A DNA stretch of 64,000 nt from Eledone cirrhosa. Its lineage: Eukaryota. Location of the stretch: NCBI GenBank assembly GCA_964016885.1, contig OZ024766.1, positions 2,170,001 through 2,234,000 of the forward strand, given 5' to 3'. Shown one piece after another: positions 40,701 through 54,737 of the stretch. Every line of letters starts with the position of its first letter. Position 1 is the first letter of the stretch. Position numbers and translations under genes: made by a program. Below the pieces are notes generated by a model. It saw only the letters and a list, made by a program, of their open reading frames with translations. It did no database searches and was not told where the DNA came from.

Positions 40701-41510
40701 CACTTCTTCACCCAGCGGTCGTCCTCCATGCACATCACATGTCCATACCACCTCAGTCTCCTCTCCCGCACACAAGAATTTATCTCTCTCAACACATCCA
40801 TGCTGGGTCGTTCACGCACATTGACACTGCACATCCAACGGAGCATGCTTGCCTCATTTCTCTCCAGCCGTCGCATATCCTCTGCAGTTGCTGCCCATGT
40901 CTCACTACCATGCAGCATCACGCTCCTCACACAGGCATCATATAACCTGCCTTTCGTACGCAGGGAGAAACCCTTCTTTGTCAGCAGAGGAAGCAGCTCC
41001 CTAAACTTCTTCCAACCATGTGTGTGTCTTCATCAGCATTTTACGTCCGCTTTTCCCTGCTTGCAAGGGTGGGACGGGAACTGATTCTGGCTTGATCTCT
41101 ACAGCTGGATGCCCTTCCAAACACCAACCTCATTTACAGTGAGTGCTGGGTGCTTTTTTGCCGTGGCACCTCCACGACCACTTTGCAGTGGAATGATAGG
41201 GACCCCAGTCCTATCATCTCATTTCTACAGCTGAGTAAACTGGAGCAATGTGAAATAAAGTGTCTTGCTCAAGGAAACAACACATCACCCGGCCTGAGAA
41301 TTGAACTCACAACCTTTCGATTGCAAGCCCAATGCCCTAACCACTACGCCATGTGCCTCCATGTGTGTGTGTGTGTGTATATATATATATGTATATGTGT
41401 GTGTGTGTATGTGTATGTGTGTATATGTATAAATTTATGTATGTTTTCTTTCTTTGCAGTACGCCATTTTGGTATGTTTAGGCCTGTTTGTCCTGATACA
41501 CAGGGAATAG
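32743..41510 (+). CDS. SEC11: Signal peptidase complex catalytic subunit SEC11 (peptidase S26B), 181 aa, 5 exons
   Basis: Exons 32743-32799 ([19 protein letters not shown]), 36698-36957 ([30 protein letters not shown], catalytic Ser/His), 39870-39989 ([17 protein letters not shown]), 40289-40346 ([19 protein letters not shown]), 41460-41510 ([16 protein letters not shown]). 546 nt, all GT-AG in phase. AATAAA at 42143. Confidence 0.97.
34865..35567. repeat. 51-bp minisatellite, about 14 copies
   Basis: Unit cagacacagtgtacctaggactacattatctaatgtgtcctgtcttatata. Confidence 0.9.
36252..36576 (-). mobile_element. SINE family A copy
   Basis: Match to family A with a small deletion in the head. Confidence 0.8.
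37245..37873 (-). mobile_element. LINE 3' fragment plus SINE head, inverted copy of 21195-22110
   Basis: ORF 37480-37848 [20 protein letters not shown]..; 3' flank identical to 21860-22100. Confidence 0.8.
38030..39720. repeat. 48-bp minisatellite, about 35 copies, opposite orientation to the 14672 array
   Basis: Unit ctgtaaagtggtcatgtaggtgtcacaacaaacaacacccagtccaca. Confidence 0.9.
40028..40258. repeat. 21-bp minisatellite filling SEC11 intron 3
   Basis: Unit ctctaccatcactcagcatgt. Confidence 0.85.
40555..41015 (-). mobile_element. RTE-type LINE 3' fragment in SEC11 intron 4
   Basis: [44 protein letters not shown]. Confidence 0.8.
41030..41361 (-). mobile_element. SINE family A copy
   Basis: Full-length match to family A. 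Confidence 0.8.
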
Positions 41511-41664
41511 CTGTACCAGTGATACACTGAGGACACAACTATACTTCATCATTCATCAAATCCTCCTACCCACCACTACTACCACTACCACCACCACTAC
41601 TACTAGTACTACCACCACTACTACTACCATTACCACCACCACTACTACTACTACTACTACCACC

Positions 41665-41705
<41 letters not shown>

Positions 41706-41926
41706 CACCATTACCACTACTACCACCACCACCACCATTACTACTACTACAACTATATCATTCACCCCCTCCCCTCCTCCCTTATTCCCTTCTGTCTTTC
41801 TGTCTCTGTTACACACACATGCACACACACACACAGAGAAAAGCACCTACACACACACATATGTGTGTATATATATATATATATATGTGTATATATATTT
41901 ATGTATATATATGTACGTATATATAT

Positions 41927-41963
<37 letters not shown>

Positions 41964-42074
41964 GTGTGTATATATAAATGTGTATATATATGTATGTATA
42001 TATATATATATATTACGTGTATGTATATAACAATGAAGTAGAAGCTAGAAGGTTAGAATTTACTTCATTTTATT

Positions 42075-42133
42075 GCAGTTATACGTATTTCTATGGTAAC
42101 TGTTATGTAACAGCTACAACCTCATCAGACAGC
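42075..42133 (-). ncRNA. Hammerhead ribozyme motif, imperfect stems
   Basis: Minus strand gctgt-CTGATGA-ggtt-GTAGCTGTTA-ca-TAACAGTTAC-cata-GAAAT-ACGT-ATA-actgc; same stem III as the 10432 copy. Confidence 0.5.
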
Positions 42134-42216
42134 TATTACATGAATAAAAATTATTCCTGCAGTGATATGCCACAGGTGGGGTATTGGTCTTATTTCCTCA
42201 AAACCCTGCTGACATA

Positions 42217-42279
<63 letters not shown>

Positions 42280-42415
42280 TACATACACACATACACACAT
42301 ACACACATACATATATATATATATGTATGTAAAAGGTAAACAGAAATAACAACACAATCGGTACAGTATATGGAAGGAATATATTAGGTTAACGCTTGAT
42401 ATAGCAAGAAGAGGG

Positions 42416-42451
42416 TCTTAACGTTTCGGACACTAGTCCTTCATCAGAAGA
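42416..42451 (-). ncRNA. Minimal hammerhead ribozyme motif (Penelope pLTR-like)
   Basis: Minus strand TCTT-CTGATGA-A-GGAC-TAGT-GTCC-GAAAC-GTT-AAGA: 4-bp stem I, 4-bp stem II, palindromic AACGTT stem III. Confidence 0.65.
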
Positions 42452-42536
42452 AAGAATGAGAAATAAGATATATTGAAGAGACGGGGTGGGGTGGAATTGG
42501 AAATATATGTCTTTAGATGAAAATAACAGGTCCATT

Positions 42537-42590
<54 letters not shown>

Positions 42591-42881
42591 TTCACACACA
42601 CGTATGTATGTATGTATGTATGTGAGTCCAGGGTTCAATCAGGGATAACCACAGTAAGTAATGAAACAGTTCTAGTCCTGTAGAAGCCATTTCTATATTA
42701 AATTTGATATATATATATATATACACACATACACACAAACACACATATATTTATATATGTATGTATGTAAAAGGTAAACAGAAATAACAACACAATCGGT
42801 ACAGTATATGGAAGGTATATATTAGGTTAACGCTTGATATAGCAAGAAGAGGGTCTTGACGTTTTGGACGCTGGTCCTTCA

Positions 42882-44117
42882 TAGGGTGAGTGTTTCGGCT
42901 AAATTTGACAGTTTATTTTATGCTTTTTAAGGTAAAAATGTGAATATCTCTGCCAAAAATAAATTTATTGGAAAAATAGAAAGTGGTAAAAAGATTAAGA
43001 CAATAAAAATAGAAAAAAATCACTGAAAGAAGCCACCCTTTACATCTACCATGGCCTCTATCAAGCTCTGGAATCTGGCACATGTGGCCTTCAAGGTGTC
43101 CCTAGGAGAGCCTCAAATGCCTCCTAAATCCTGTTGATCACCTGGTCCTTTGTGTTACAGGCAGTGTGGTTGGTTGATGTCTTTCTCAACTGCACCTTAC
43201 ATATAATAATCCATAGGAATTTCAATGAGGGGAGTTAAGGGGGCTAAATGTTGGAGCTGGTGAAGTTGTAAAAATTCTCTGACCACCACTTCTATGTCTG
43301 GCCATACATATGGTCTTCCAGAAGACACCCTCTTCGGCCGAGGCTTAACCACGCTAATCAGCAAATCCACATATCCAGCTGAATTGAGCCTGAGACCCTG
43401 TTGAAAGATGTGTGGTGGCGTGACAGCAACCCTCGCTGGAGACTCATCTAAAAATCATTACAGTTTGGGGGAACTTGGCTTTCATGACACAAGGAACGTC
43501 ATATGGAGTCTAGGCAAGCCTTCTGTTGTCGGCTATTGTCACCTGGTCCTGACAAAAACAGTTTTTCATTAAAGAAGAACCAAATTGTCCCTGGTTCAAC
43601 AGGATGTTTCACTTTGGTCAGAAGTTTCTTTACCTTCGTCTGAAGGTTTTCTTGATCCTTTTCTGTAATCAGTTGACCTTTATGCCTCTTGTATGAGTGG
43701 TAGCGGGGGTCCTCATTGATGGCCAACTTCATGATGGACGCCGCACAACACCCATTTACTGCGCTAATGCTCGCATTACCTCTCCTGGGTCTTCCACGTG
43801 TTCTCTCTTACAAGCCATGGCCGCGTAGTCTACATTGCAGCTCTTCATTTAACGTCTTATTGCTTTCACAGCATTGAGCAGCTGTCACCATTGTAGAATC
43901 TTGATGCCCTGCACGAATCATTGGGATACAGGTTACCCTATTCCAATATTCAGGTGGTACCCACTTTCCCATTTCAGTTACCTTAGACTCCTTTAAAACT
44001 GTCGGGATTAGGTCTCACAATGCCGTTCCCTTTCCACAGATACAAGGGAATATTTGAGTGGAAAATTAAAAAATTAAAAAATTTAGACTCTATCAAATTT
44101 ATCCCAAACACCCTGTA
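42882..44117 (-). mobile_element. Decayed Tc1/mariner DNA transposon with imperfect TIRs
   Basis: Ends tagggtg..tgtttcggctaaatttga and tcaaatttatcccaaacaccctgta; minus-strand remnants KLAINEDPRYHSYKRHKGQL..IWFF.NEKLF; flanked by TA. Confidence 0.7.
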
Positions 44118-44150
44118 TATATAATAGCAATTACAAATACAAACCCCAAA

Positions 44151-44191
<41 letters not shown>

Positions 44192-44641
44192 TACAAAGAT
44201 CGGAATTAAGAGTATTTCGCAGTTCACTGTAATAATAATAATAATAATAGTATTAGCTCAAAGAAGAAATAGAGAATTTCCTTCTGAGCTCAAATGCAAG
44301 TATATATTACACAAAGAGAAGTGTGTTACACAGTTAAGATGTGTGTAAAGAATTATTACGAGTGTTTTTACCGTTACTGTATAGGGAACATATACAGTAA
44401 CGGTAAAAACACTCGTAATAATTCTTTACACACATCTCACTGTGTAACACACTTCTCTTTGTGTAATATATATATATATATATATATAACGATGGAAATG
44501 TGGTAAGGAACCAGGTGGACCATAACGCACCAAAGTACTCAATACTTAGGGTAGTAGAGTGGGTAATATTTGGGGTCTTATTTGTTCCTATATATATATA
44601 TATATAACAAAGGTGTGGTAATATTTGGGGTCTTATTTGTT

Positions 44642-44678
<37 letters not shown>

Positions 44679-45616
44679 CAAAGGTGTGGTAAGACACTGT
44701 TTGGATCTAGCTGCTGGAACTCAGCCATAAGGGTCCTGACTCTTTTCCTATATATATGATGACAATACAAGGACGAATGGTTACACCTTCATTAACTATA
44801 TTGGTTGGTGACGCGGAGCGTTTTGCCACTGATTAGCTCAAGATTCTATCTGGCCTGACTCTAGAATCAAAAGCCCATCGTACCTATTGAGTGCTCACCA
44901 GGGTGAACCTACAGTAACTTTATGTTACACTCCCTAGATATATATATATATATATATATATCTAATGTCTAAAGTCTGTCTTAAGCCAGAAGGCTCATTT
45001 GGCCAGTGCTTATCCCGGTTTCATGGCATGAAGCAACTGAGAGTACAAGACTCCCCCCCTGGACAGGACACCAGTCCACTGCAGGGTTATATAAAGTATA
45101 TATTAAGCAACTGAGAGTACAAGACTCCCCCCTGGACAGGACGCCAGTCCACTGCAGGGTTATATAAAGTATATATTAAGCAACTGAGAGTACAAGACTC
45201 CCCCCTGGACAGGACACCAGTCCACTGCAGGGTTATATAAAGTATATATTAAGCAACTGAGAGTACAAGACTCCCCCCTGGACAGGACGCTAGTCCATCG
45301 CAGGGTTAAACCTCCAGCTATTACTGGTACTCATTTTCAGCTGAGTATACTGGAGCAACATGAAATGAAGTGTCTTGCTCAAGAACACAACACGCAACCA
45401 AGGAATCGAGCCCACGACATTATGATCGTAAGTCCAACACCCTTACCACTAGGCCACGTACCTCCACACACATATATATATATATATATATAAATATATA
45501 TTTGCTCTCTCTCTCTCTTTATATATATATATATATATATAGACCCCAGTTGAGGGTGAAAGCAGAGATTGTTAGCTTAAAATTTTAATCTATGATAATA
45601 ATAATAATAATAATAG

Positions 45617-45651
<35 letters not shown>

Positions 45652-45875
45652 AAATGTATGTTATATATAGATGTAGATTTGTGTATATACATATGTGTGT
45701 ATGTATATATATCTGTTTATATATATGAATGGGATGTTGTTAGATTAATATATATATATTAGTGTGTATATATACATATATATTAGTATGTATATATATA
45801 TATATATTAGTGTGTGTGTGTGTATATATATATATACACTAATATATACTGCTTACCTACTGTTGTGTGCACACT

Positions 45876-45907
<32 letters not shown>

Positions 45908-46000
45908 CACAAAGTATGTGTGTATATATAATATATACACCTACACACACATACATACATGCAGAAACACACACAAATTGCTTGTGTCTATATATAGATG

Positions 46001-46045
<45 letters not shown>

Positions 46046-46542
46046 TCAATATCTGCTGTGGAAGAGTATATATATGTGTATATATATATATATATATATG
46101 TATGTATATATACACCTATTTGTACATGTATGTATATGTCTTTCTGGTGAAATAAGATTGAAAAATAACATGTATATATATATATATATACACACTTACA
46201 TATTCAATATCTGCTGTGGAAGAGTATATATGTATGTATATATACACCTATTTGTACATGTATGTATATGTCTTTCTGGTGAAATAAGATTGAAAAATAA
46301 CGTGTATATATATATATATACACACACTTACATATTCAATATCTGCTGTGGAAGAGTATATATATATATGTGTATATATGTATGTGTATATATCTATATA
46401 TATATATGTATATATATATGTATGTATATATACACCTATTTGTACATGTATGTATATGTCTTTCTGATGAAATAAGATTGAAAAATGACAATAAACTTGT
46501 ATAAAATCCGTATTTTGTTGGACTCAGTACTTTTGGATTTCA

Positions 46543-47880
46543 GTACTACAGCCTAGACTGTTGTTGTTGTTTAACCCCAATACTACAGCCTAGACTGTTG
46601 TTGTTTAACCCCAATACTACAGCCTAGACTGTTGTTGTTGTTTAACCCCAATACTACAGCCTAGACTGTTGTTGTTGTTTAACCCCAATACTACAGCCTA
46701 GACTGTTGTTGTTGTTTAACCCCAATACTACAGCCTAGACTGTTGTTGTTGTTTAACCCCCAGTACTACAGCCTAGACTGTTGTTGTTGTTTAACCCCAA
46801 TACTACAGCCTAGACTGTTGTTGTTGTTTAACCCCCAGTACTACAGCCTAGACTGTTGTTGTTGTTTAACCCCAATACTACAGCCTAGACTGTTGTTGTT
46901 GTTTAACCCCAATACTACAGCCTAGACTGTTGTTGTTGTTGTTTAACCCCCAGTACTACAGCCTAGACTGTTGTTGTTGTTTAACCCCAATACTACAGCC
47001 TAGACTGTTGTTGTTGTTTAACCCCAATACTACAGCCTAGACTGTTGTTGTTTAACCCCCAGTACTACAGCCTAGACTGTTGTTGTTGTTTAACCCCAAT
47101 ACTACAGCCTAGACTGTTGTTGTTGTTTAACCCCAATACTACAGCCTAGACTGTTGTTGTTGTTTAACCCCCAGTACTACAGCCTAGACTGTTGTTGTTG
47201 TTTAACCCCAATACTACAGCCTAGACTGTTGTTGTTGTTTAACCCCCAGTACTACAGCCTAGACTGTTGTTGTTGTTTAACCCCCAGTACTACAGCCTAG
47301 ACTGTTGTTGTTGTTTAACCCCAATACTACAGCCTAGACTGTTGTTGTTGTTTAACCCCCAGTACTACAGCCTAGACTGTTGTTGTTGTTTAACCCCAAT
47401 ACTACAGCCTAGACTGTTGTTGTTGTTTAACCCCAATACTACAGCCTAGACTGTTGTTGTTGTTTAACCCCCAGTACTACAGCCTAGACTGTTGTTGTTG
47501 TTTAACCCCAATACTACAGCCTAGACTGTTGTTGTTGTTTAACCCCAATACTACAGCCTAGACTGTTGTTGATGTTTAACCCCAATACTACAGCCTAGAC
47601 TGTTGTTGTTGTTTAACCCCAATACTACAGCCTAGACTGTTGTTGTTGTTTAACCCCAATACTACAGCCTAGACTGTTGTTGTTGTTTAACCCCAATACT
47701 ACAGCCTAGACTGTTGTTGTTGTTTAACCCCAATACTACAGCCTAGACTGTTGTTGTTGTTTAACCCCAATACTACAGCCTAGACTGTTGTTGTTGTTTA
47801 ACCCCAATACTACAGCCTAGACTGTTGTTGTTGTTTAACCCCAATACTACAGCCTAGACTGTTGTTGTTGTTTAACCCCA
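46543..47880. repeat. 37-bp minisatellite, about 36 copies
   Basis: Unit tactacagcctagactgttgttgttgtttaaccccaa. Confidence 0.9.
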
Positions 47881-47944
47881 GGCTGTCCTGATCCTCTACA
47901 GCTATACTCAAAATGTTCCACCTGTGACCATCCTCACAAACAGA

Positions 47945-48142
47945 CGAGGGTCAGCTAAAAGGTTCCTAGGCTGACCAAGATTCTCTCATGGAATGACCAA
48001 ATGAGGTTTATTTTTCAATATAAGTCCTCCCTGGAAAGAAAATGCAGTTAATAATAAAAGAGTTGAAATTAATGCATACAAGATTTCACAGCCCTAGCAT
48101 CACTCCTTCATGGTTAGCCTAGGAACTATTCAGCTAATCCTC
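47945..48142. mobile_element. About 200-bp MITE (mariner-like TIRs)
   Basis: gagggtcagctaaaaggttcctaggctgacca vs reverse complement of tggttagcctaggaactattcagctaatcctc. Confidence 0.6.
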
Positions 48143-48164
48143 ACACATAGATATATATAGTGAC

Positions 48165-49447
48165 TACATAATTATTGCTGGCGACCTTAATGGTCACATT
48201 GGACAACATTGTGACGGCTATGATGGAGGCTATGGGTTTGGTACTAGAAATGAGGAAGGCTTCAGGATCCTGGAATTCTGTGACGCTAATAACCTAACTA
48301 TCTGTAACACAAACTTAAAAAAAAACGAGACAATCACTTGATCACCTATAGATCAGGGGAACACGCCAGCCAGATAGATTTTATCCTTACTAGAAGACGT
48401 GACAGAGTGTTTGTTGTAAACACTAAATCCCTCCCCTTGTGAAGAATTGAAGAATGCACTTCCCAACATAACCTAATGGTGACCTTATAGTCAGGACTAG
48501 ACGTACTCAACGACAGAGCAGGACTACCCTAAGGAGAAGAATATGGAAGTTAAAGGACCCCACAGCCAGTAACAAATTTAAAAGCATATTAGTTAATGCT
48601 TTTGACAGTAAGGAAGAGCAATTAGAGACGTACAATATAGAGGAAAAGTAGGAATTCTTGAAAGTTAACCTGCTGAAAGCAACAGATGAAATCTGTGGCT
48701 GGAGCAGACCTATAGGCAGGAGGAGAGTAACTTGGTGGTGGAACAGTGAGGTGGAGGAGACAATCAAGGCCAAAAATCAGGCTTGGAAAGTATGGCGGAA
48801 GTAGAGAACACTATCAAATGGCTAGGAGATAAGTGTATCTTGCAAGAAGGGAAGCAGAGGATAGAAAGTTCAAGCATGTTCTACAACGTGAGGTGTTCAG
48901 GATTGCAAGACAATGTGTCAAGGAAAACTGTGATATTGTCAGGGAGAAGTGTGTCTGTAATGATGATGGTGTACTTGCCCTCACTGATACTGATAAGAAG
49001 GTAGCTTGGAAGTGTCACTACGAGAGGCTACTAAATGAGGAGAATAAATGGGAAAAAGATAGTCTGCCCCAAATCGATCCAATAGAGGGACCACCAGTGC
49101 AAGTTAAAGGTAGTATAGTAAGTAAGGCAATCAAAGATATGAAGACAGGCAAGGCAGCTGGGCCTTCAGAGATAGTTGGTGGGATGTTGAAAACATCTGG
49201 AATGGTGGGACACACTATGGTTACCTGGATAGTAAACCAAGTAATACAGAATGGGGTCATACCAAAGGACTAGTGTAGCAGCATCATCATTAACTGCTAC
49301 AAGGGTAAAGGAGATACTCTAGATAGGGGAAACTATAGAGGCATTAAGTTAGTTGACCAGGTCATGAAGGTCACAGAAAGAGTTATAGCGCAATTAATCA
49401 GAGAGCGAATTGATCTAGATGAAATGCAGTTTGGGTTCGTGCCAGGT
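48165..49447 (+). mobile_element. Decayed RTE-clade LINE fragment (APE end to RT start)
   Basis: IAGDLNGHIG..GFGTRNEEG, YKGKGDTLDRGNYRGIKLVDQVMK..MQFGFVPG; multiple stops and frameshifts. Confidence 0.85.
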
Positions 49448-50106
49448 AAAAGTACCAGTAATACACTGGGTAATTGCTGGCCTTGTGCCCAAAAGTAGAA
49501 ACAATTATTACAGGGTCGATAAAATAAAGTACCAGTAATACACTGGGGTAATTGCTGGCCTTGTGCCAAAAGTAGAAACAATTAATTACGGGGTCGATAA
49601 AATAAAGTAGCAGTAATACACTGAGGTAATTGCTGGCCTTGTGCCCCCAAAAGTAGAAAATTATTACAGGGTCGATAAAATAAAGTACCAGTAATACACT
49701 GGAGTAATTGCTGGCCTTGTGTCCCCAAAAGTAGAAACAATTATTATTACGGGGTTGATAAAATAAAGTACCAGTAATACACTGTGGTAATTGCTGGTCT
49801 TGTGCCCCAAAGTAGAAACAATTAATTACGGGGTCGAGTAAACACCCACGCTTCTACAAAGGAACTATATATACAGGTGCGCGTGTAATCTCTCTCTCTC
49901 TATATATATATATATAAGGAAACACTCGCGGCACATTACGTATAGTAGCTATTTATATATATATATTATATATATGTATATATAGCTACTATATATATAT
50001 ATATAGACACACACAATATATATAGAATTATATATATCAAGCAACATTTTTATAACGGAAGCGTACAATATATACACATATACACACACATACTGTGTAG
50101 AGGAGC

Positions 50107-50144
<38 letters not shown>

Positions 50145-50157
50145 TTCACACACACAC

Positions 50158-50208
<51 letters not shown>

Positions 50209-50646
50209 GGAGAAAAATATATTTTATAATTATATATATATATATATGTATATATATGAGAACAGACGTTCTCGCCAAGCGTAAACACCCACGCTTCGAC
50301 GAGTATATATATATATTTATGTGTTATAAACACATATAAATATATATTTATATATATATATATATAAGGGTAGTGGGGTTTTACTTCCTTTTATACATCA
50401 CTGTATAAACACTTTAATCTAGTACTGTAGACGAACTATATACCCCACGCATATATATATACACATCTGTCTGTTTATATATACATATACATATATATAC
50501 ACGCACACACACATATATATATATATATATATTTATTTATATACACATCTGTCTCTTTATATATACATATATATATATACGCACACACAAACAAACACAC
50601 ACATATATATATATATATATTTATTTATTTATATACACATCTGTCT

Positions 50647-50704
<58 letters not shown>

Positions 50705-50808
50705 GCACACATATATATATATATAGATATATATTTGCGTGAACCTAACATCTTTCGTAGCTGTACTCCTTGTTATATATATATATATATACATATATAC
50801 ACACACAT

Positions 50809-50865
<57 letters not shown>

Positions 50866-50884
50866 TATATACATATATATATAC

Positions 50885-50915
<31 letters not shown>

Positions 50916-51065
50916 CACACAGAGAACAAGTGTCTTCCTTGCAAACGTAATTAAGACACTTCCCCACAATACAGTGTACACACCCACTCTCTCCGCCGCG
51001 TATATATATATATATACACACACACGCCAGTGCTTGTATATATTCATCAACACACATACAATCCC

Positions 51066-51101
<36 letters not shown>

Positions 51102-51187
51102 ATACATACATCTGGCAGTGTAAAGATATGTGTACACGCGCACTCACTGCATTTCTTGCATAAACATCTGTATACATCTACAGACTC

Positions 51188-51232
<45 letters not shown>

Positions 51233-51369
51233 GGTGGGTTACTTCGGATCTAGCTGTCGAAACGGCCGGAGCTCAGCCGTCGGGGTCCTGAACCTTTTCA
51301 TATATATATACACACACACATATATATATATATATACAGGTAAGTTGTTGCATAAAGATCTACATACAC

Positions 51370-51407
<38 letters not shown>

Positions 51408-51408
51408 T

Positions 51409-51469
<61 letters not shown>

Positions 51470-51518
51470 TTATATACATAAATACACGTAATTGGGTGCA
51501 TAAATATCCACACGCACT

Positions 51519-51554
<36 letters not shown>

Positions 51555-51989
51555 CGCACACACTTATCTATATATATATACATACACACACACACTTATC
51601 TATATATATATATACATACACACACACACTTATCTATATATACACACACACACATATATATATATACATACACACACACACACTTATCTATATATATACA
51701 TACACACACACACATATATATATATATACACACACACACTTATCTATATATATACATACACACACACACATATATATATACATACACACACACACTTATC
51801 TATATATATATACACACACACACTTATCTATATATATATACACACACACACACACTTATCTATATATATATACACACACACACACTTATCTATATATATA
51901 TACATACACACACACACATATATATACATACACACACACACATATATATATATATTTACATACACACACACATATATATATATTTACAT

Positions 51990-52027
<38 letters not shown>

Positions 52028-52224
52028 ACACACGCACACACTTATATATACATATATATATATATACACTTAAGTGTTTGCATAAACAAACACACACACA
52101 TATATTTATACTCATATATACACAAACACACACACACACACATATATACACATCTCTCTCTATATATACACACATCTGTGAGTGCGAAGAAGAGGAAGCA
52201 ATCTCTGTTATTCTACACCCGGTA

Positions 52225-53095
52225 TTATATACACCATTTTTTTATATACACCATCTGTTATAAACACCATCTGTTATATACACCATCTGTTAAAAACACC
52301 AGCTATTATATACACCATCTGTTATATACACCCTCTCTATTATGTAGACCCTCTTATATACCCCCTCTATTATATACACCCTCTATTGTATACATCATTA
52401 TATACACCCTCTACTATATACACCACTATAATATACACCCTCTACTATATACACCACTATAATATGCACCCTCTACTATATACACCCTCTACTATATACA
52501 CCACTATAATATACACCCTCTACTATATACACCACTATAATATACACCCTCTACTATATACACCACTATAATATACACCCTCTACTATATACACTACTAT
52601 AATATACACCCTCTACTATATACACTACTATAATATACACCCTCTACTATATATACCACTATTATATACACCACTAATATACACCCTCTACTATATACAC
52701 CACTATAATATACACCCTCGACTATATACACCACTATAATATACACCCTCTACTATATACACCATTATAATATACACCACTATAATATACACCACTATTA
52801 TATACACACTCTATAATATACACCCTCTATTATATACACCCTCTATTATATACACCCTCTATAATATACACCCTCTATTATATACATCCTCTATTATATA
52901 CACCCTCTATTATATACACCCTCTATTATATACACCCTCTATAATATACACCCTCTATTATATACACCCTCTATTATATACACCCTCTATTATATACACC
53001 CTCTATTATATACACCCTCTATAATATACACCCTCTATTATATACACCCTCTATTATATACACCCTCTATTATATACACCCTCTATTATATACAC
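52225..53095. repeat. 16-bp minisatellite ending at the acceptor of the microprotein exon
   Basis: Unit ctctattatatacacc. Confidence 0.85.
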
Positions 53096-53112
53096 AGCTG
53101 CCACTATTGAAT

Positions 53113-54691
53113 ATGGTGAAATTTCGAGATGGTGTCATCAAAGAAGGAATTGATAATTCAGTTTTTATACTACCTGGGATCATTGTCATCTCTCTCATTG
53201 GTAAGTGTGTATATAGTGTGTATATATATATATATAGTGTGTATATATATATATATAGCCTGGGTTATTGTTGTGTCTCTCATTGGTAAGTGTGTATATA
53301 TATATATATATAGTGTGTATATATATATATATAGCCTGGGTTATTGTTGTGTCTCTCATTGGTAAGTGTGTATATAGTGTGTATATATATATATATATAG
53401 TGTGTATATATATATATAGCCTGGGTTATTGTCATCTCTCTCATTGGTAAGTGTGTATATAGTGTGTATATATATATATATAGCCTGGGTTATTGTCATC
53501 TCTCTCATTGGTAAGTGTGTATATAGTGTGTATATATATATATATAGTGTGTATATATATATATAGCCTGGGTTATTGTCATCTCTCTCATTGGTAAGTG
53601 TGTATATAGTGTGTATATATATATATATATAGTGTATATATATATATATATATAGCCTGGGTTATTGTTGTGTCTCTCATTGGTAAGTGTGTATATAGTG
53701 TGTATATATATATATATAGTGTGTATATATATATATAGCCTGGGTTATTGTCATCTCTCTCATTGGTAAGTGTGTATATAGTGTGTATATATATATATAT
53801 AGCCTGGGTTATTGTCATCTCTCTCATTGGTAAGTGTGTATATAGTGTGTATATATATATATATAGTGTGTATATATATATATAGCCTGGGTTATTGTCA
53901 TCTCTCTCATTGGTAAGTATGTATATAGTGTGTATATATATATATATATAGTGTATATATATATATATATAGCCTGGGTTATTGTTGTGTCTCTCATTGG
54001 TAAGTGTGTATATAGTGTGTATATATATATATATAGTGTGTATATATATATATATAGCCTGGGTTATTGTCATCTCTCTCATTGGTAAGTGTGTATATAG
54101 TGTGTATATATATATATATAGTGTGTATATATATATATATAGCCTGGGTTATTGTTGTGTCTCTCATTGGTAAGTGTGTATATAGTGTGTATATATATAT
54201 ATATAGTGTGTATATATATATATATAGCCTGGGTTATTGTTGTGTCTCTCATTGGTAAGTGTGTATATAGTGTGTATATATATATATATAGTGTGTATAT
54301 ATATATATATAGCCTGGGTTATTGTTGTGTCTCTCATTGGTAAGTGTGTATATAGTGTGTATATATACCAGTGTATATATATATATATACCAGTGTATAT
54401 ATATATATAGCCTGGGTTATTGTCTCATTGGTAAGTGTGTATATATACCAGTGTATATATATATATATATATATATATAGCCTGGGTTATTGTTGTGTCT
54501 CTCATTGGTAAGTGTGTATATACAGTGTATATATATACCAGTGTATATATATATATATATACCAGTGTATATATATATATAGCCTGGGTTATTGTCTCAT
54601 TGGTAAGTGTGTATATATATATATATATATATATAGCCTGGGTTATTGTTGTGTTGTATATACCGGTGTGTGTGTGTGTATATATATATAG

Positions 54692-54737
<46 letters not shown>

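Noticed and set aside
24580-41510. Operon or trans-splicing of ATP5F1D and SEC11
   Set aside because: Co-orientation and 2.2-kb spacing alone are not evidence; a poly(A) signal (30778) and a promoter-like stretch lie between them.
46461-46490. CTGATGA-aataagatt-GAAA
   Set aside because: No stem III or stem I; sibling repeat copies read CTGGTGA, so probably chance.
13380-47880. CRISPR-like regular repeats of 35-37 bp
   Set aside because: Head-to-tail units with no unique spacers, no cas genes, eukaryotic context.
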